DNA from: Aliivibrio fischeri ES114
Lineage (GTDB): Bacteria > Pseudomonadota > Gammaproteobacteria > Enterobacterales > Vibrionaceae
DNA length: 32,000 nt
Direction: 5' to 3' (one strand)
Assembly (NCBI RefSeq): GCF_000011805.1
Contig: NC_006840.2
Positions 27,251 to 32,000 of the stretch are shown piece after piece (the first letter of the stretch is position 1; every line of letters starts with the position of its first letter). A model generated the notes under the pieces. That model had not been told where the DNA came from and searched no databases. It saw only the letters and a program-made list of their open reading frames with translations. Both the position numbers and the translations under genes were made by a program.

Positions 27251-27884
27251 ATGCGGTGACAAAAGCACTTAACATCCATACGGCCAGAATGATGAATATT
27301 CCGCCCATAAACTTATGTTGGTACGTTCTAAACTTAACGTTATTAAGTAATGATTTACCAAGAGTGCCAACCAATGCAACAAGCAGTAAATTAAACAGTA
27401 AACCAAGCACATTTAGTAATAGGCCAAGAGCGAGCATCTGCTCTCCAGATGTTGCTGTAATGTTTGTTGAAACAAATTGAGGTAAAAACATTACAAAGAA
27501 AACAAGTGCTTTTGGGTTTAATAGATTACTTACTAATGCTCGTTGATAAAAGGTAGTCGCCATTTTAGAACCATCAGTTAATTCAGGTGCTTCATCTGCT
27601 TCTGCTCGGATGCAATCCCATCCCATTTTTAGTAAGTACATACCACCAAGAAGGTGTAATGCTTTTAATGCAAGAGGGCTCATTGCGATAAGAGCTGATA
27701 CACCAAGAGCTGCTAATAACGTCAAAATAATACCTGACGTTGCATTCCCTAAGCTTGCAAATAATCCTACTTTTCGTCCATAGCTCATGCTTGAACTTGC
27801 AATAAGTAGCATATCTGGACCTGGAAGTAATAAGAGGGCAATAACAGCAGTCAAATAAACTGGAAGAATAGTAATATCAATCAT
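27249..27884 (-). CDS. LysE/RhtB-family amino acid exporter
   Basis: 'LLLPGPDMLLIASSSMSYGRKVGLFASLGNATSGIILTLLAALG' signature. Confidence 0.85.
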   Translation of the reverse strand: MIDITILPVYLTAVIALLLLPGPDMLLIASSSMSYGRKVGLFASLGNATSGIILTLLAALGVSALIAMSPLALKALHLLGGMYLLKMGWDCIRAEADEAPELTDGSKMATTFYQRALVSNLLNPKALVFFVMFLPQFVSTNITATSGEQMLALGLLLNVLGLLFNLLLVALVGTLGKSLLNNVKFRTYQHKFMGGIFIILAVWMLSAFVTA

Positions 27885-28053
27885 TATTTTATTTTGAATT
27901 ATAAATAAGAGGGCGGATTTTATAGTAGAGTAATCCAGATTTCCATTCTTAAAGATTCAAAATAGAATAAAAAATCAGCATATTAAATATTATAAATAAT
28001 ATTGTTAATATATGGTTGTGCTATTGATTGTTAATTGTATTTAATTAAAGACG

Positions 28054-28668
28054 TTACCTTGCAACCCATTCCGTTTCTATTAGTGTTTTTCCATCTAATT
28101 TTAATCGAGCAAGAAAGATATCCCCCATGTGTATTTCGCCTACACCTTGTGGGGTGCCTGTCATAACGACATCACCATCACATAATTGGGTATAACTTTT
28201 TAAGTCATTTAAAATCGTTTCAGGAGAATAAATCATTTGGCTTACGTTGCCACATTGAACTCGCATACTATTAATAAATAATTCGATTTGGAGTGCATCG
28301 ATATTAAGGTTATCAATAGGGATAAAACGGCTGAAGATAGCAGAACCATTAAACGCTTTTGCTCGTTCCCAAGGTAATCCTTTACTTTTAAGTTCAGCTT
28401 GTAAGTCACGTTTGGTTAAATCGAGCCCAATGGCCACTGCATTTAATTGTTCATCTTTAATTAGGAAACAAATTTCAGCTTCATAATGTAAGCGTTCTTG
28501 ATGGAATGAACTTAAAGTAGAAGTGATGCAGGAATTGGGTTTATTAAATACCACCATTTGATCAGGAATCGAATTATTAAGTTCACTAATATGATCAATA
28601 TAATTGCGACCGATACACAGCAACTTAGTTGGGGTGATCAGCTGCTCTCCAAAACGAATGGTATTCAT
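28054..28668 (-). CDS. Fumarylacetoacetate hydrolase family protein
   Basis: 'LLCIGRNYIDHISELNN', 'YEAEICFLI', 'GDVVMTGTPQGVGEIHMGD'. Confidence 0.85.
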   Translation of the reverse strand: MNTIRFGEQLITPTKLLCIGRNYIDHISELNNSIPDQMVVFNKPNSCITSTLSSFHQERLHYEAEICFLIKDEQLNAVAIGLDLTKRDLQAELKSKGLPWERAKAFNGSAIFSRFIPIDNLNIDALQIELFINSMRVQCGNVSQMIYSPETILNDLKSYTQLCDGDVVMTGTPQGVGEIHMGDIFLARLKLDGKTLIETEWVAR

Positions 28669-28948
28669 TGCTTTTCCTTAGCACAAAAATAATTCGAAAT
28701 TGTATCGTGAAATTATTTCAATTACGTTTAATTTTATGAGTATTTATTAAAAATTCGACATTTAGCTAAAAATTAGAAAATACTGTCATGCAACGGTCAT
28801 TATCATTTAAATAATAAAAATAACTGAAGTAAAGTCACGAATCGTTATTTTATGTCGTCTTATTAGTGATAATAAATTAAATTTCCCTGCTATATTCCGA
28901 TCAGTCGGTTACCGGCTAAATCTAATAATAAGTAAATAAGGGAATTTT

Positions 28949-30616
28949 ATGAAACTAAATAGTCTGTGCATTGCTGTTATGCTTGCGACTTCTGCCTATG
29001 TAAATGCAGCTGAAATATATAACCAAGAGCAAAGCTACCAAGCTGGTAGCCAAGTATCATTTAATGGGGATATATATGAAGCTAAATGGTGGGCAAATCC
29101 GGGTCAAAGTCCTGCTGATGTTGCTGCAAATCCATGGGATACACCTTGGGAGCTTATCTCAGAAGGAGATGGTGTAACGCCTCCGCCACCCGTTGTTGAT
29201 CCTGAAGAGCCTGAGGTTGAATTACCTGAAGGCGACTATCCTCAATATAAAGAGGGTGAAAAATACAAAGGTGGTGATGTTGTTCAAAACGAAAATCAAT
29301 TATACCGTTGTAAAACAGGCGTTACAGCTACTTGGTGTTCAGGAGCCGCTTGGGCCTATGCTCCAGGAACAGGTACTGCATGGGTAGACGCTTGGGAAAA
29401 AATTACTGAAGATGATCTTGTTCCACCAGTAGACCCAGAAATTCCACCAGTTGATCCTGAAGTTCCTCCAACGGGCGGAGACTATAAAGTAAATCAATCT
29501 GCATTGGATGCTAAAGAAGCGGAATTAACAAATTTTGATGTAATGAATGATGTAAAAGCATCCATTGCCACATTAGATAATGAATCTGTTGAACGCATTA
29601 TTCCTGGTGCAGAATCAAACCCTGAGAACGTAAAACGTATTGAGCAAATTGTTTCTGAAAGTACATGGAATTTCTTATTCCCTAAGCGTGCTCCTGAATA
29701 TACATACCGTCATTTCTTGCAGGCAACGGGTAAATTCCCAGCTTTCTGTGGTACTTATGAAGATGGACGTGACTCTGATGCTATCTGTAAAAAGTCACTA
29801 GCAACTATGTTTGCTCATTTTACTCAAGAGACCGGTGGACATACTGCTCATTGGGAAGTGCCTGAGTGGCGTCAAGGTTTAGTTCATGTTCGTGAGATGG
29901 GCTGGACTGAAGAAATGCGTGGTGGCTATAACGGTGAATGTAATCCTGACGTATGGCAGGGGAAAACATGGCCATGTGGTACGTTTGATAACGGCGAATT
30001 TAAATCATACTTTGGCCGTGGAGCGAAGCAGTTAAGTTATAACTACAACTACGGACCGTTTTCTGATGCGATGTTTGGTACCGTTCGAACTTTGTTAGAT
30101 AACCCTGAAATGGTGGCAGATACGTGGTTAAACCTGTCTTCAGCGGTCTTTTTCTTTGTTTATCCACAACCACCAAAGCCAAGCATGTTGCATGTTATTG
30201 ATGGAACATGGCAACCAAACCAAGCAGATTTAAATAATGGCTTAGTTCCTGGGTTTGGTGTAACGACTCAGATCATTAATGGTGGTGTTGAGTGTGGTGG
30301 CAGTATTGAAGTAGCACAATCGTTAAATCGTATTAAATATTACAAAGAAATGGCAAATTACCTAGGTGTGCCAATTGAAGATACCGAAATACTTGGTTGT
30401 AAAGGCATGAAGCAGTTTGATGCTGCAGGCGCTGGAGCGGTTAATATTTACTGGGAGCAAGATTGGGGATGGTCAAGTGAAACGCCAGATGGTAAAGCTT
30501 ACGCATGTCAATTAGTAGGTTATCAAACACCTCATTCGGCATTTAAGTTCCGCGATTATACTAAATGTGTAGAAGCGAACTTCCCGAATATTGAAGTAAT
30601 TAATGATGTAGATTAA
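28949..30616 (+). CDS. Secreted GH19-family chitinase with two N-terminal CBM5/12-like chitin-binding modules
   Basis: Signal peptide; 'YQAGSQVSFNGDIYEAKWWANPGQSP' and 'YKGGDVVQNENQLYRCK'; 'MFAHFTQETGGHTA', 'YFGRGAKQLSYNYNYGPFSDAMFG'. Confidence 0.88.
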   Translation: MKLNSLCIAVMLATSAYVNAAEIYNQEQSYQAGSQVSFNGDIYEAKWWANPGQSPADVAANPWDTPWELISEGDGVTPPPPVVDPEEPEVELPEGDYPQYKEGEKYKGGDVVQNENQLYRCKTGVTATWCSGAAWAYAPGTGTAWVDAWEKITEDDLVPPVDPEIPPVDPEVPPTGGDYKVNQSALDAKEAELTNFDVMNDVKASIATLDNESVERIIPGAESNPENVKRIEQIVSESTWNFLFPKRAPEYTYRHFLQATGKFPAFCGTYEDGRDSDAICKKSLATMFAHFTQETGGHTAHWEVPEWRQGLVHVREMGWTEEMRGGYNGECNPDVWQGKTWPCGTFDNGEFKSYFGRGAKQLSYNYNYGPFSDAMFGTVRTLLDNPEMVADTWLNLSSAVFFFVYPQPPKPSMLHVIDGTWQPNQADLNNGLVPGFGVTTQIINGGVECGGSIEVAQSLNRIKYYKEMANYLGVPIEDTEILGCKGMKQFDAAGAGAVNIYWEQDWGWSSETPDGKAYACQLVGYQTPHSAFKFRDYTKCVEANFPNIEVINDVD

Positions 30617-30634
30617 TTAGTTAAATAAAGATAA

Positions 30635-30668
30635 ACACCTTCCAGATGATTTTGGAAGGTGTTTTTTA
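30635..30668. terminator. Rho-independent terminator after chitinase gene
   Basis: AACACCTTCCA..TTGGAAGGTGTTTTTT. Confidence 0.8.
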
Positions 30669-30781
30669 TTTTTGCAATATAAATAACCATTTTTATATTG
30701 TGGTTATTGAGAGAGTAGTCACTTAAATAAGATGGAGAGTTTGTAATATCGTTGTTTTATCAATCGTTTTGGATTAAAGCA

Positions 30782-32000
30782 ATGAATGTAGTAGAACGTT
30801 TCTTAGGTTACACAAAGATTAATACGACAACAAACCAAGCTAATGGGGCAGCGGGCATTATGCCTTCAAGTGAAGGGCAATATGAATTGGCTTGTTTGGT
30901 TAAAAAAGAATTAGAAGCGCTAGGTTGTACAGATATTCTTCTTCGTGATACCGCTATTCTTACGGCAACTCTGCCATCTAATACCGAAAAAAAATTACCA
31001 ACCGTTGCTTTCTTTGGGCACCTTGATACCAGCTCTGAACGTACAGAAGACACCCATGCCGTAGTGGTTCATTATAAAGGTGGCGATATTCCTCTCGCAA
31101 CAGGACCTGTTTTATCTTTAGCTGAATATCCAGAACTAACTAATTATATTGGTCAAGACATCATTGTAAGTGACGGTCAATCATTATTAGGCGCAGATGA
31201 TAAAGCAGCCATTGCCGCTATCTTAAATGCGTTACAGTTTTTTAAAGACAACCCAGATGTTGAACATGGAATGGTTAAGGTTGGTTTTGTTCCTGATGAA
31301 GAACAAGGTCTTTTAGGGGCGAATGCTTTTGATGTTGACGGTTTTGGCGCTGATTTTGCGTACACTTTGGATTGCTGTGGTATTGGTGAGTTTGTATGTG
31401 AAAACTGGAATGCAGGTAATGCGGTTGTTACGTTTACAGGGCAGTCTGCACACCCTATGAACTCTAAAGGTAATTTGATTAACTCTTTGCTACTGGCTAA
31501 TTCATTCATGTCCCGTTTTCCTGAGAAAGAAACTCCTGAGCATACAGAAGGAAGAGAAGGCTATTACTGGATGAAGAAGTTGGCGGGAAATTCTGCCAAA
31601 ACAGTGCTTAATATGGATATCAGAGATTTCACTGAATCAGGATATATGTATCGTAAAGCCTTTATTGCTGAACAAGTTCGAATGTTCAATGAAGAAAACA
31701 ATAACCGTGCAACTCTTGAATTAAGTGATCGTTACAGTAACGTTCATAACTTCTTAAAAGGCTCCATGCTGCCAGTTGATCTTGCAATGGAAGCATATAA
31801 GGAAAATGACATTGAACCTAAAGTTATACCGATGCGCGGCGGCTATGATGGTGCAGTTTTGTCTGAAAAAGGTTTGCCATGCCCTAACATTTTTACCGGC
31901 GCACATAACTTCCACTCTATATTTGAATACCTTCCTGTCCCATCTTTAATTGCTGCAAGTAATGTTGTGAAAACAATCATTATTAACTTAACGAAACATG
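30782..32000 (+). CDS. pepT: Peptidase T (tripeptidase), 3' end outside window
   Basis: MNVVERFLGYTKINTTTNQ..., 'VAFFGHLDTSSE', 'LLGADDKAAIAAIL', 'VPDEEQGLLGA'; frame open to window end. Confidence 0.92.
   Translation, partial: MNVVERFLGYTKINTTTNQANGAAGIMPSSEGQYELACLVKKELEALGCTDILLRDTAILTATLPSNTEKKLPTVAFFGHLDTSSERTEDTHAVVVHYKGGDIPLATGPVLSLAEYPELTNYIGQDIIVSDGQSLLGADDKAAIAAILNALQFFKDNPDVEHGMVKVGFVPDEEQGLLGANAFDVDGFGADFAYTLDCCGIGEFVCENWNAGNAVVTFTGQSAHPMNSKGNLINSLLLANSFMSRFPEKETPEHTEGREGYYWMKKLAGNSAKTVLNMDIRDFTESGYMYRKAFIAEQVRMFNEENNNRATLELSDRYSNVHNFLKGSMLPVDLAMEAYKENDIEPKVIPMRGGYDGAVLSEKGLPCPNIFTGAHNFHSIFEYLPVPSLIAASNVVKTIIINLTKH

Overview
This looks like an Aliivibrio (Vibrio fischeri-group) chromosomal segment. 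The flanks are ordinary core genome: yciO (partial), ainS-ainR quorum sensing, rluB, yciK, sohB, [insertion], yciN, topA, a DASS transporter, a histidine kinase/response regulator pair, ldhA, a phosphohexomutase, a LysE-family exporter, an FAH-family protein, a GH19 chitinase and partial pepT. The accessory block lies between sohB and yciN, roughly 7.7-17.4 kb. It is an array of at least eight attC-like sites plus one left half-site, separating small cassettes. Most carry one + strand gene. No integron integrase is visible, so within this window it is CALIN-like. The most interesting cassette (about 10.73-13.09 kb) contains a structured non-coding region, a retron-type reverse transcriptase with unusual motif variants, and an overlapping two-TM protein, an organisation like the Ec48-type anti-phage retron. 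Other cassettes encode two proteins with PD-(D/E)XK-like motifs, a PIN-like protein, small membrane proteins, and two tiny antisense ORFs missing from the ORF track. The right edge of the block holds a truncated DNA methyltransferase next to a frameshifted phage-type integrase remnant. Outside the array, the ainS 5' end appears split by a frameshift in an 8-nt homopolymer. All calls come from reading sequence; no database search or folding computation was run.
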